DNA of 64,000 nt from Lingula anatina (Eukaryota > Animalia > Brachiopoda), in assembly GCA_051362555.1 (NCBI GenBank), contig CM120642.1, forward strand, positions 23,932,001 to 23,996,000, given 5' to 3'. The notes under the pieces are model-generated. The model saw only the letters and a list, made by a program, of their open reading frames with translations. It searched no databases and was not told where the DNA came from. Positions 48,401-63,200 of this stretch are shown here, piece after piece. Position numbers and translations under genes: made by a program. How positions within the stretch are numbered: position 1 is the first letter of the stretch; the number at the start of each line of letters is the position of its first letter.

Positions 48401-50283
48401 CCAAGTAGGTTGCCACATTATACAAGTAAAAATGCTGGTATCAGACTTACGCTGAGTAATATGGTGTGTGTAACGTATTGTCACAAGACAAAGCCTTTCG
48501 AGTTGTTTATAACGAGTGAAGAAATAAAGGAGATCCATATTTCAGAAGTGGCTTAATTTAGATCCAATATCAACAGCCAATTTATAAGCACAGTGATTCA
48601 AGAAGTCTAGAATTTAAACGAACGTAAATTGAAAACCTCCAAATAGTTAAAAGGATCGTTTATGTTTTATATTAATTGTTGGATGATTCCCACCCAATAT
48701 GAAATGCATTTACTGACATATTTCCTTTTTTTCAGTTGAACCAAAGTTTGATGTTGCTGTGAACATTCCATCCTACGTAACATTCACAGACACTTTTATC
48801 AATGGGAGCGTGGTAGCTAAGTAAGAATCGTGGTTAACTGTTTGCCTACCAGTATACTGTAGATATGTAATTGTTTATTTCAATCGTAGTTTGCATCTAG
48901 TTTTGGCATACGTTTCCAAAATACATGTACAAATTATGTATTCCTCATGGACAGATTTTCAACTGAAGACATTTTTAAATTCACTTAAATCAGATAAGTC
49001 TTGTTGTAATTTCGTGGTTTTGTTGCGCTTTCGAAATTTTACTCGTTGTTTGTCGCGAAGGAACAGCTGCCTGCAAAAGTATATTATCAGAATGGTCCTT
49101 TTCAGAAAGGATAGGGGCGTAAATATTGCTTTTATGGGCGAGGTGAGCATATATTTAACGAATTCTGTCAACAATGTAAACAATAACTTCATGTGTTGTC
49201 TCAACGAAGCAGTAGAGAAGTGCGATTCTCGTTTGCAGGTACAGTGATGGAAAAGGAGTGGACTGTTTGGGATACGCAGAACTGCCTTTAACAGACTTCT
49301 ACCAACTTCATCCTCTGAAATTTGTAAGTATACCAGGCCCGTAGCCAGCAATTTTAAAAGGGGGTTTATTTTTCTGAAAAAGTGGACCTTTTTCCATAAA
49401 ACCTTCATGTACCTACATGTAGATCAAATTTTACTCACAGTGGACCTTTTCCCAGCAAAAGGGGCGGTTCTTTCGAACCCCCCGAACCCCCCTGGCTACG
49501 GGCCTGTTTACATTGCAGTAACTGAAGCCAAGAAAGCTGCTGAATGTGACAGTTTACTGCTGGACCTGAGAGTGTGTTAGAGGGGAGGGAATGTTAAAAA
49601 TGAGTCCAATATTTAGAATTTATGAATCTGCTCGGTAGGCTCAGAGAACACGGATGTCAAAATGTCAAAAAGAGCCAAGATGGCAGCCACAGCAATTGTA
49701 TTTTAAGATAAATTTTCATCTATTTAACTGAAAATTTGAAAACGTAAGCTTTATTTGTAATTCTGCGTTTTATAGAAACGTGTGGATGGCTGTCCAATAT
49801 CTATATATATAGCTAGATAATAATGATATTCATCTTGGAAGTTTCACGTTCATTCTAGTGTTTTGACCTTGGGTGTAGTTTTAATCAATTCACATATTAA
49901 AATTGTTTAAAGGGATAATAACTCTTCATTTCTGCCAAAAATGAATTTTCCTGGAGTAAACAACAATTTTCCCATACTTACCAATGATTAATGAATCCAT
50001 TTTTACATTCAAAATTAGTCCCTGGTTTTTTTCTCAAAAGTTCGGTTTTTTGTTAAAATCTCTTAAGAGATTTTAACAGAGTATAGTCATCAATGGAGGT
50101 CACGTGGTCTTAAGACAAGCTCAGATATCAGAATTATAGCTATAACTGCCGTTTTTGTGGTAAAACAGAATATATTATATTTCTATGAGTTATTCACAAT
50201 GTTTTTATTGTGAAATATAGATCTCATACGAAGAGTTATTATCCCTTTAATTTCATTTCAACTCAGCTATCGAGAGAGAAAGC

Positions 50284-50322
<39 letters not shown>

Positions 50323-53300
50323 GTTCTAATAATTATCGAGTCTTCATGTAAACGCGTACTTTTAGGCTGTTTGCGTTACACTATTAAAGTGATATAGGAC
50401 GGGAGTGATAAGTGTGACTAAGTTTGAAGGAGCAATGTTTTGACTTAAATCTGTATATTTCTGACGTTTCACTAAACTGCTTTGACAAAATACTCCAGCC
50501 TTTTGTTTGACAAAAAGGTTCATTTAAATGCACTATAAAGATGGACAACTTGTAGATTTGTGAAACCGACAGTCATCGCGATATTCCGATCATATATGAA
50601 ATTATCCTTGAACATTTTCACCAGCTCAGCCTGACCTAAAAGTATGAAAAAAGGAATAGATCTAAGCTCCAATGGAGACATGCATAAAATCTTCGTCAAA
50701 ACTAAAAAGTGATGAAATATATACCTTAACTATGCGCTCTGTTCACCCAAACCCAATATACAGGTGCAAATGAGGTCACAGGCATGCTCTTAAAAATATT
50801 TAGTGCACAGATTGCAAATTATGTTTGATTACTGTATATTAGGGTCCAACATAAAGTGTATCATAGTTTCATTCTCCTGAAACCGTGAATAATTAAAAAT
50901 GATTTATCGTCTAGCCCCCAAAGAAGGAACATATGTTACTGTAACAAATGCAAAACGTCCAGCCGTGAAACGCCCCCCCCCCTTTGAAAATTCAATAATC
51001 ACTGGTTTTGTTCTTTGATTTATCTCCTACAAGTATCGAGTTGTAAAAGATATGCTAATCTTCTTTATAGAGCAGTTAATTATTTTTGAGCGACTTTGCT
51101 TGTCACTGAATATTGAAAAAACGGGGAAAATACACCCTGCTGACATTAAAATAAGCATTAAATAAACTATTTTTCCACTCGTGAACCCAATATTATATCA
51201 GAAATGTCAAACAATCATGGAATCACAATCTATTTTTCGGTCAGCAACAGAAAACACTGTTTTCTACTTCACCGAGTACTTGGACAAAATGAAACTTACA
51301 ATTTTTCTGGGGAACATGCGTGACGTAGTATTAGCGATGATGCAAAGCCCCTAAAGTTACAGTTAAAATATTTATATTTTTCAATGTATTTCTGTACTGG
51401 TACATAGATTGTTATGACCTTGTACAATATGATATACTAATGATGATACAATACAATTAATGTATTACCATTTCTCTAGTTGGTATTATGTTGCCTAGCC
51501 ATTTGTGAATGAAAAAAATCTTTACATAATGAACATACGTACTAGTAAAATTACTCATAAAATATTCTATCTAAGCAATGAGATAAACCTTGGTGTGATT
51601 ATAAATTTACCATAAACATACTATAAACATGTTACACAAAAGGATATGTTTAAACTTAAAACCACAGTTACATAGCTGTTTACATGGCTGTTTAAAGCCA
51701 GGTTGATGACATAGATAATTACGATTAATGACAATTACATAAGACAGTTAAGTAAATAAGTTACACAGATATAAATATTGCGCCATGTTCAGTCCCACTG
51801 CCGAGTCACTTCTCACAACAGTGAAACCATACACTGACATTTTAAGGGATATGCTAAGAGTTACCAAGCAGAGCAACCACTTCACTTCTTTTCTTGAATG
51901 ATTTGATTATAAAGTTGGAGAGGGACACCAAAGTATTATTGTTGGCACTGTTAAATACATGGCATAATTGACTGTCGGGTGACCTTGTATCAGCTTTTAG
52001 GATTGAGGTTTTACTAAAAAAGGTGACTCGGGCTGTTTTATACATTGGGCATTGGAATATAAAATGGTATTCATCTTCAATTACCCCTTGGGTGCACAGG
52101 CGACAGATTCTGTCGCACCTTTCAGTTTTTGGCCTGGTGTGCCGAACAGTTTCGACGTGGAGTTTATGGTCACTAAGACGTAGTTTAGCAAGGGTTGACA
52201 AGGTGTCGTAATTTGTTATTTTATCAACATGAGTTGCCCTTTCACACTTTCGGTTAAGTATACGGAAGAGAGACAATTTACTGTTGGCTTGAAGTTTGTT
52301 ATTGCATATTTGGGTAAAGTGGTCAGTTTGTCTTTGTTTGAAAATTGTGGTGAAGTTTTTTGGAGGTGACTGGCTAAGCCACACATCTCCAAGGCCAAAT
52401 GTGAAAAGGATTTTCGAATCCCCTCAGACCATGACATACAAGCTGGTCTGAGTGTGTGGACTGCGGGTGGGACATAAGGTGTCAGCAACTTGTAACTATT
52501 TATCTCTGTATGTATGCTTGTTTCATTAGTGTAGCATCAGACATTTGAATAATTTTACACCATAGTTTGACAGATGCAAACTGTATTTTGGTATAGAGGG
52601 GAAGGCGGTCAAGTTCAGTGTATACACTATAGTTTGATACGTTTTGGTGGAGGCCAAGGATTTGTTTGCAAAATTTTAAGTGTAACTTTTCTGTAGGGCA
52701 GTTATCCGTTGACACAGAGTGGCCCCATATCTCTGAGCAATATGTAAGGATTGGGGAAATGAGGGTATCAAATAATTTCTCTTTTAAGGATGAGTTAACA
52801 TTACACTGAAGTGGAAGAGACTTGCACAGACTGAAGAATGCCTTAGAAGCACGTTGTAGGACATTACTTTGGGTTTCTGTAAAGCTTCCTGATCGATTTA
52901 GAAGGTGACCTAGACACATGTATTTGTTGACCACTTGGATTGGTTTTTCATACAGAAGAAATTTTTCACTGTGAGATTTTGATTTTGAGTTGAAAATAAC
53001 CATTTTAGTTTTGGTGACATTTACAGTCAGTCTCCACATGTTACAGAAATTTTCTACAATTTCCAAACTTTGCCTTAGCCTTGGGGGGACATAAGGATGA
53101 GGTCATCAGCATAGAGTAAACCTTGTATTGGTATTCCATTTATATCTGGACTTGCAGCACTTTCGCCATCAATTGATCTTAGAAGGTCATCAATAAAAAT
53201 ATTAAAAAGAAGTGGGCTCAATGTGTCACCTTGTTTTACACCTAGGCTTGTATTAAAGGCCGGGGATATACCACAACTTGTCTTAACACATGCTTGGGAG

Positions 53301-54486
53301 TTTTCATACATGCTTTTAATGTTTTTGTACATAAGTCCTCTTATTCCTAGAGTACTTAGCTTGAACAGTAGTCCATTCCTCCAAACACTATCGAATGCTT
53401 TTGAAAAGTCAATGAAACGTGTATAATTTTTTCTTTCCTTTTTTTCTTTATAAAAACATCTTAACGTCGTGTAGAGTCTATAATTTACCATAACTGAATC
53501 ACTACAAAATATATCGGAACGCAGTATAAAAATTAAAATTAAATGACCCGGAACGTTACGTTATTATACCGGAACATTCGTTTCCAGTTATTTTAAGGGC
53601 GGATGGAGGCCGTCTTCTGGGTCTTCCAAAAGACGGTCAGATTTTCAAGTTAACATTGATGGGTAACTAATTTTTTTGTGGGAGGACAGTCAGAAATGGA
53701 GGATGGATCAACATAGATAATTTAGAAGACTGTCAGAAAATATCTCTGGATCGGCCCCTCCTTTACATTCCGTAAAGACATGGTAAAAATTAAAAATTAA
53801 ATTAAAATTGAGACAGTCGTGGATTTCTGTTATATACACATATATGTTTTAATATATTTAATACAACTTTGAATTCATTCAATTTTATATTTAGGACACT
53901 TGGCATGTGAAATGCACCTCTATTTTGGGTTTGAGTGTATTATATAATTTAAAAAAGCACTGATATACATTGTAGACCTTTGCTATAACATAAACAAACA
54001 ACAAATAATATTTATAACTTTCCGCGTTTCTTCAGGTTGACGGAAAAGCGAACTTATTTTTTGTCTTGGGTAAAATAGCTGAGCTTGCTGAATATGAAAT
54101 GGAATATCGAACAGTGCAGGTAAAAGCCCAAGCCAAAGAAACCCTCACAGATCTCCCACAGGTTGCGTGGTCGGAGTTTACGTTCTTCTCTTCGCCATAC
54201 GCGATGGACATCCTGGGATCCACCCCAAGGGTTTTCAAACCGGGACTTACGTACACCGGCTTTGTAAGTTAAGACTTAGCTCGCACGTGTTTTGAGCATC
54301 GGCGCAAAGAACCTTAGCAAATTCTGAAAAAATGTCAATATTAATGAAGAATGGTCTACTATCTTTTTATATCTGATCCGATTTTTTTATTTGTCAGGTA
54401 TACTATTAAAGCTTTCAATTCTAATTCACAAGTTGCAAAGGTATAAAGTTATGCGTTAAGGAAGAAATATAACTACGTTGTACATA

Positions 54487-54529
<43 letters not shown>

Positions 54530-57500
54530 GTATATCACAACAGGTAAAACTCAGCCTAGTAGACGGGACACCAATTGAGGGGGAGGACCACAAACTTCAG
54601 GTTGAGGCTCGGGTTACATATGCATTAGAGATACCGGAAAGTGTCAAATTGAATTTTCCGCCTTCCTACTGGGAGCATTTTATCGAGTATAAGACAGTTG
54701 AAGAACCCGTTCAGGAACTAAGTGTACCGAATGACGGCATTGTTCGATTTGACTTGGAAGTTAGCCAAGACAGGGCGACCGAAATTACATTTACGGTACT
54801 GATTTGAAGTGCGTCCACACATACCAATGGCCCCATTCAGAATAGGGGACAGACTAGTCCGAGGGTCAATTATGGCCGACCCACTTGAATAATTCCTCAG
54901 GGGTGTCGGTGTCTGTAATGGGGGTTAGACGGCAAGCTTAGTAGTGGGTTGCCATATTTGACCCTCGGACTAGTTAGTCCCCTATTCTTAATGGGGCCAA
55001 TTATCCTGTATATTCTTTTCATTTACATTCTTTACAGTGAATTTTGTAAATAGGATACTAAAAAATTACTTTTCCTTCTTTAACTACGCTTACTTATAAA
55101 TATACTGTTTAAACTAATGATTAAAAGCTTAAATATGTGCAGTTATGGTCAGCTGACAGGTTAGTCCAGATTTAAATTGCTTGATGATGGAGGTACATGT
55201 GCTGAAAGAACTACATGTACAGAAACATTTCTTGCCAGGAACCTTGAAGGTGTGATGACACCTTTTCCCTCACACTAGTGTATTAATTGAATATTATGCG
55301 AGATGCATATCAACGAATAACAGGATTATTTTATTTTCTCATTCATGGCAGTTTACCTACGTATCGAAGGTCCGGTACCTGACCGTTTATGGCTTTAGGT
55401 CTCCTAGCGACAATTACCTTCAGGTTTTATCGAAGACGCCATTGATACAGGTAAATCAAGTTGAATTCATTTATTTGGTTTCACCATAATGATTTACGAA
55501 TGCATTTTTATACTACACGTTTGTCACATTCTTATCTTTAAATATGGGCAAATTCTTAATGGGATAACAACTCTTCGCACGAGATCTATATTTCACAGTA
55601 AAAACATTGTAAACAACTCATAGAAATATAATATATTCTGTTTTACCACAAAAACGGCAGTTAAAGTAATTATTTTGAAACCTGTGCTTGCCATCGGACC
55701 ATGTGACCTTCATAGATGACTATACTCTAAAAAAAAGCACTTTAGAAAAAAACCAGAGACTAACTTTGAATGTAGAAATGGATTCATTAACCATTGGTAA
55801 GTATGGGAAAATTGTAGTTTACCCCAGGAAATTTCATTTTTTGACCAAAATGAACAATTGTTATCCCTTTAACAAACGAACAACACAATGAAAATAAAGT
55901 ATTTGAAATAGACTAGAACATCAAAATGTTGTTTTCTTAATTAAAGACGGGAAGTAATGCTGAATTTGAAGTCCAGTCGACGGAACAAGTAACCACATTG
56001 GTTTATCTGGTAAGAAAGTCATTTTCTGATAATATTCAAACAGCGGGTGAAGGATGACGAATTTAGATGCCGGGCTATGGATGCCCACCTGTGTAAGACT
56101 TAAACCAAAACCATCACCTTGCTCATGGCAATATATGTATTTGTGAAGAGAAAGAATTTTAAACATGTGTGTGATGCAATATAGATGTAATACATTTGCC
56201 CTTTTATTGATTGTAAGAATATTCTAATAGGGATACGTTTGAACGTGTAAACTAGATTCCAGCTTATGTCTTGCCATTTGAAGACTCTATGCGTGATATT
56301 GAATTGAGGTGTTTCTTCAAACCATATGGGGTTCATAACACGGCGTATTTGAAGTTCAGGTTATATTTATTTGAGGTATATTAATCACATTTTGTAACAC
56401 AATTAATTTGAGAGAGGTACAGTGCAATGACCCCAAAGAATCAAAGCATCTCGTGAAACAGATTCAAAAGATGGATTCACCTACTGTTTACACACTTAGA
56501 TTCAGAGCTAAAACGAACCTCCCTATCATGCCTGGGCACCAGAGAGAAGTACGTGCTGATAGTAGAGAAGGGAGTTCCCAGGGAGCTCTGAAGTTTCCAC
56601 AGAGCTCTAAAACTCAGGGTTTCTGTTTTAATTTCGCTTTAAAACCCTGCAGATCATGGCCGGTGGAAATGTTGTGTCAACGAATAAAGTGTCCCTGAAC
56701 TCCAACATGACTTTCCAAGTTGCCATTACCCCAAATATGGCACCCAAGTCCAAGATGGCCGCCTACTATGTACGCAGTGACGGCGAAGTTGTCGCAGACG
56801 TTCTCAGTTTCAATGTGAAAGGAGCATTTAAAAACCAGGTAATTTTTCATGAAGATCATCTTTAATCACTATCAGTTTTTAAGATTATTTGAAAACAGTT
56901 TCTTTCCACATCATAAATTGAACAATCATGTAATTTTATCGATTAGCAGTGAGTGGTTAGGTCTAAAATATGTCACCCCATGGATTTTTTCACGTAAAAT
57001 ACATGTATCAAATGCAACATTTAATAAATTATTCTTCATAGTAAGCTTTTACTGTCTCCTTTGTCCTGGGTCAATTTTAGGTGTCCGTACAATTTGACGA
57101 AACCAGGGCAGAAGCTGGGCAGAAAGTAAGCATGGTGTTGACTGCCGATCCTGGATCGTTCGTGGGGATTTTGGCCGTAGACCAAAGTTTGCTTCCCTTT
57201 AGATACCTGCACGACGACTTCACGGAAGAGAAGGTATTCGTCTTTATGAATTTTGTAGTGAATGTCACATAACGTATATTTTCCATACAAGGAAACCTTG
57301 TTTCAATTGAAACAAACGTCAAATAAATGAATAAGTAAATGAATGTAATTATATATTAAGGCTCTTTCCTACAATGAATTTCAGAGTAATTTAATTAAAA
57401 ATGAGATGATACCGCATTCTTCACTTAAGGTTTTAAGTGAGCTGGATACATATGATACAAAGAGAGAGACATTCACTGCCAGGAAGAAGCGTTCCATAAT

Positions 57501-60183
57501 GCAGAACATCATTCCGATAGGTGGCACTGATGTCTATGGCATGTTCCAGGTAAAGTACACGTTGTGCCTCTTTTCAATCAAAAATGATATAAAATGGTTT
57601 TGTTCGTTGTATCCGAAGCCCAAAAGATGGTCAAACTTGAAAAAGACATCAATAGCTTCAAGTATTTCATGATGAATCGTTTGTGTTAAGTAAACAATTA
57701 TTTATTATTGTTACCATCGTAGTGGTACAGTTAAAGTGGTTCGTTAAAATGTAAGATACCACGTCGATAAATAATCATCCGACTGTTTCTTCATTTTCAT
57801 ACTCCAAACAACGTAAACATACTATCATGTATATGATGAGTATTATTTTGATCAGAATTTTGATCAGTATACTTGGCAAATATTAAAAAACAATTATTCT
57901 GGTAAACTGGTAAAACTGCAACAATCTCACTTGTTTTGTTTTTAAAGAGGATTTTATATAAACAATCTAAAAAAAACATTTTAAAATTTCAGAACTTTGG
58001 GGTAATTGTATTTACCGATACTATGGTATACAGATACACAAACACAACGGCACGTAAGTTTATTCATTTCTTTTCCAAATGTGAAAAAAGTTTATTGAAA
58101 CAATTGATGGAGAACATAGAATGGTCGAAGAAATGACACAATATCCCCTTATTAGTTTGGTTCAAGTTCTGTTTCATAGCTCAAGCAATGTTTTAACGTT
58201 TAAAATGTACGTGTACCACAGTTATTCGTGGAAATCCCCGTATAATTACACGCTGTTTTAATCGAACAATTAAGCCAATATAAATTTCAATCGAAGGTAG
58301 ACAAGTCGATTATGTACCGTTATGGCAAGGTGGGAAGTAAATTTACTGTGTGATATGTGTTCTTTTTCTTTGTAATATATGTTCACATTAAGCATGTGAA
58401 AAAAATTGTGACGACTCATTTGGGTGTGAACCTCCTCATAGTTTCCAAAATATAACAAGACCTTATCATGTGTTTTTTTGTTGTTGTTGTTAGCGGAGGC
58501 AGAAAGTATTTCTGCCGTTGGTAGTTTGGCGGATATAAAACCAATGCAGTCCTATTTTAGAGAAACTTGGCTTTGGACCAGTGTAACCTTAGGGTAGGGT
58601 ATTTGTTGGTAATACCGTATATTTGTTTGCATTTAAAAAAGTTTCTTAGATCCTAAATTAAACTTACCATATAAAACTTCATACCATAAGTTGGATGTAA
58701 ATGGGCAGTGGAGCATTCTGAAACACAGTGCTTTGTCTTCTTTCTCAGTTTTTCACTCTTAGACTTGCTTAAAGTTAATTTTCGCCGATAAAAAGTGACT
58801 TTGAATTAACTTAACTGCTTAATTTTATCTTGTTAATTCTCCAGTGCAACAGGCACGACTTCACTTAATGTAATAGCGCCAGGTGATACTTCGTCATGGA
58901 CAGCCAATGTGTTTGCCGTCCATTCAGAATCCGGCCTGGGAGTGGCAACGGCAGAGGTGATCCAAACATTACTTTTTTGGCATAGCTATCGTCGCCAATT
59001 ATTGTGACTGATATATTAGTAATGGTGCTAGAAGATTGAAGATTCCATAAATAAATTATGCGAAAATAGCAAATCTTTTGCTAGCATTACATGTGCAAGC
59101 GAATGGATTAAAGATTACGAAATATTATAATGTGGTTTGAGCTTTACGTGTAGTTCTTACTCGCTAAATGTATTCGATACCCATACAGTATAGAATATGT
59201 CGTGTATGTTATTATTATTAGTAACCATACCTTGACCCGCGCGAAATGTGCCGATGCATATGTACATATGTTGCGTCAAGATTATATGATATGCTTGTCA
59301 TATAGGCGCATTTAAGGATATATATATATAGTCATTGGTTAATGAATGAAAGAATGTTATTTGGTTTATTGCAGTTGTCGACATTCCGTAGGTTTCTGTT
59401 AGCAGTGTACATGCCATATTCGGCCGTCCTTGGAGAGAAGTTGATCCTTCGAGTGGCAATTTGGAACGATATGGGAATCGACTTGGACGTAATAATTAAG
59501 ACAACGTGTTCAGCTTCATTAATCACCTATACATCACAAAAATAAAAGCAAAGAGTCTAAAGTTTACACCTAATTACTGCTTTTAATTAAAGTGCATTGC
59601 TGATTGGAACCTCAGTTACAGGTAATGACGCCAGAGATATCAAGAAAACATTTGATTGAATAAATGAAAATAAAATGAAAGAAGGGGAAGCAGTGCATTG
59701 AGATTTAAAATGTTATCTATTGAAATATTGATAGAATTTGTAAGCAAGTCTGCGAGTTATAAAAAAGAATTCTCACAAAACGAAATTACCATTGATTTTA
59801 AGGTTGACGTAATACTGGAAAAGTCTGACGGGTTCAAGAGCATAGTATTGGGCACGGATGGAAAGCCAACAACTGTTTCTGAAGCACAAACGCAGCAAGC
59901 CAGTGTACGTGAAGCCTGAATATCGACGTAGTCCAAGATTTGATTCTTAAACTCCCTTTAAATATGTACTTTCTATATAACCTTCTCTCTTGTGTATGGG
60001 ATGTACGATCCCGAATACCTTTCCATAAATGTCTCCACAAAAGTCTACATATGAACTGTTAAACTTCAGAACGCCTTTTTTTTTTATTAAAGTGTATAAT
60101 TTTTTTAAACATTTCCGAGGTTAACTTGAATGTCTTTTGTGATCTTGTGTGATAATAATGTTCTGCTACATGTTTGAGTAATT

Positions 60184-60225
<42 letters not shown>

Positions 60226-63200
60226 TTACATGTATATAATTATAGGTCAAAGACGGAAAGGGTGTCTTCGTATATTTCCCTATTATTCCAACTGCTCTGG
60301 GCAAATTTGATGTCTTTATAAAAGCGAACTCGGAGGCTGGTATTGATGGCTTGAAGAAGCAGTTGCTTGTCGAGGTATAGTTGGGCATGATCTTCGATGA
60401 TATCAGTTTGTTAGGGGTAAATTATACAACATACAACATTTACACAACATACCATGCTTCATGTTCACAGTTGTGCAATGTTCATTTAGATATTTAATAC
60501 CTTCTTTATCGGTACTCACGTCATCACGTCATCTACACATTGCTTTTATAAAAAAGCATATTGATGAAATACACAAAGCATGGATAAGCGGAACATAATT
60601 GTCTCATGTGCAAATAATTTTTGACTTCAGTCGACATCTTTGTTGCGCCGTGAGACTTTTCTTAACTTACCTTGTCTGACCTTCCCTTGTCTTCTGTTAC
60701 CGACATTGTCGTCGGCAAATTTTTTTGTTTGTTTGCCTTGTGCTTTACTTTGTGTTGTCTCGTCTTGTCTTGAGTGGCGCCCTCTTATGTGTAGTTGATG
60801 TTGGTGTTTAGTTGAATGGAAAACGTCACCATTTATAGTCGTAGTTTGGACACGCCCGTTATTGTACAGTAAGCAATGCGTTAGAGGCAACGTTGTTATA
60901 TACGTACTTTTTAGTTATTTGATGTATGTGTTTCATTGTCAATTATTCATTATACTATTTGTATTAAGTTGAAATGTTGATACTTACGTTTATTCTTTTA
61001 CAGTACTTTTATTTGTTTCACTTATAATTTCAGTTCACCGTCGTCATCTAGTTTCTAGACACGCGTGTAAATAAATATATTCCTCCATTGGATATTTATG
61101 TTGTCATGCCCTACATCTTCTAAGTTTTGTTTAAACAAGGCCGAGGGAGTCCGTCAAGAATACAATCAAGCTGTGGTGATCGACCTGACTAGCACGTCAA
61201 CATATAGTAAAACGTTCCAAATTGATATTCCATCCACCTCCGTGCAGAGTTCCTCCTACATCGCTGCTACACTCACAGGTGTGTAATTAAATAAAAGACA
61301 AAAAGGATGCAAAAAGGATGCAATTTGCAATTGGAATGTTAAGTGTTATTTTTTTGGCCTTATGGAAAATATTTTAATTTGCTCGGATGAAAATATAAAG
61401 CGAGGGTGTGTTATGTTTTATGATTGCAATTATCAGAATGAGTGATAATAATAATATGCATTTAGACCCAAAATTTACTTGCAATTCTCGTTAAGCATAA
61501 AATTTTAAGAAAATTTACCTACTGGCCATGTTTACAGAGAATCTCATATTTTTTCTGCTCTTATGTATGCATTTATATTTTACAGATGATATAATGGGAC
61601 CCACTATAAAAAATATTGACGGCTTATTGAATATACCGCTTGGTTGTGCTGAACAAAACTTGATGCACATTGCTACTCCGGTCTTCTTATTAAACTATTT
61701 CGCTGAAACGGACCAGTTCGACAGCGAAGTCATGGAAAAAGCCATTGCCTACTTGGAAAAAGGTACTGCATCCCAAACCAAGCATGTATATGTTACGGTT
61801 GTTGTTTTGTAGCAATGATTGGCTCTCCTGCTTTTTCTACAATACACATGCAATGAGAAATCTGCACTTGAGGCTTGACACTTGGCAATACATCATTTGA
61901 CAGAAACATAATTTAAATATGAATAGTTCTGTATGCCTCATACAATTTCTGCCTTTTAAATTTAAAGTAAAGTTTAACACTAATGAGCCGGCTGAAGATT
62001 ACATAATAAGTGTTTACAGGCTTAATGAGAGTATATATTAACCAGCGCAATATTTCAGTGCAACCTGGGCAACTTTTATAGATTGTCGGGCTCAACGAAA
62101 CTGGAGAAACCCTAAAAAAAAAAAACTAAACTTAATCGAATTTTGTTGCAGGATACCAAAATGTACTTGTCTACCAGCACACAGACGGTTCATTTAGTTC
62201 ATTTGGAGAAAGTGACACCTCCGGAAGCATGTGGTTAGTCAAATTGTGGTTCACGTGTTCCACTATGTCTCACTATATTCCCTCCCCTGCATAATACAAT
62301 TTTATTCATTATGCAGGTTCTGTTGTATCTATGATTGCCTGCGTATAGCGTATATGTGCACGTTTGCTCCTACGTGTGTTCATTTCATGCAAACACATGG
62401 TTTGGGTAGTATACTGCAGTTAATATTTGTCATCAGGAGTAGCTTTATTACTACAAAAGTGCCAATGGGAATAAGTAGAACAAGTGAAACTTTTAATGAT
62501 TTGTAACGGAATTTTGTAATTTTTTTGTAATTTTTGTCATGCTTTGGTGTGATAAAAGGAGTGAGACGATTTTCAACACGACCATTTCAGGGCAACTGCG
62601 TTCGTAACAAAGTGCTTGACACAAGCAGGTGACCATATCGAGATCGATGACGAGGTTGTCACTAAGGCCATCAACTGGATAATTGGTCAGCAGAACGCAG
62701 ATGGCTCTTTTCCTGAGCCTGGGAGTGTGGTCCATAGGGCAATGCAGGTACTTAATATTGCAATTGTTAATATAAACAGAAGTAAAGATTCCATTTGAAG
62801 AAGAGAGCGTTTTTGGAATTGATTGTTTTAGGCCCTTTGTAAACTTGGTGCAAATGGGCACTATAGTGTATTTTGCCAAAGTTTTATTGACCATGGTCAC
62901 CATCTCAAATTCGTTGAACTCTTGGAAATGAACATAGAAATAGTCCAAGAACGTCAAATGAATTTTTTTACCTTATTTCAATAAGATAAATATTTTTTTT
63001 AATTCTGTTGATGTTTTAGAATATGTATTTTAATTTATTGCCCCCGTTTTTTTTCAAAACTGTAGTTATATACTGTATATTTGTTGCAGACTGGTTCGTC
63101 ATCGGATGTATCCCTGACTGCTTTTGTGGTCATTACTTTACTGGAAAATAAGGATATGGTAAGCACATTTTTATGTATTGAAAAAGTATTATTTTAATAT

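Noticed and set aside
53588-53672. Possible extra or alternative TEP exon (TTCCAG...GG|GTAACT)
   Set aside because: Phase 0 gives an immediate stop (TTA TTT TAA), and the flanking exons already join in frame (49323/54036).
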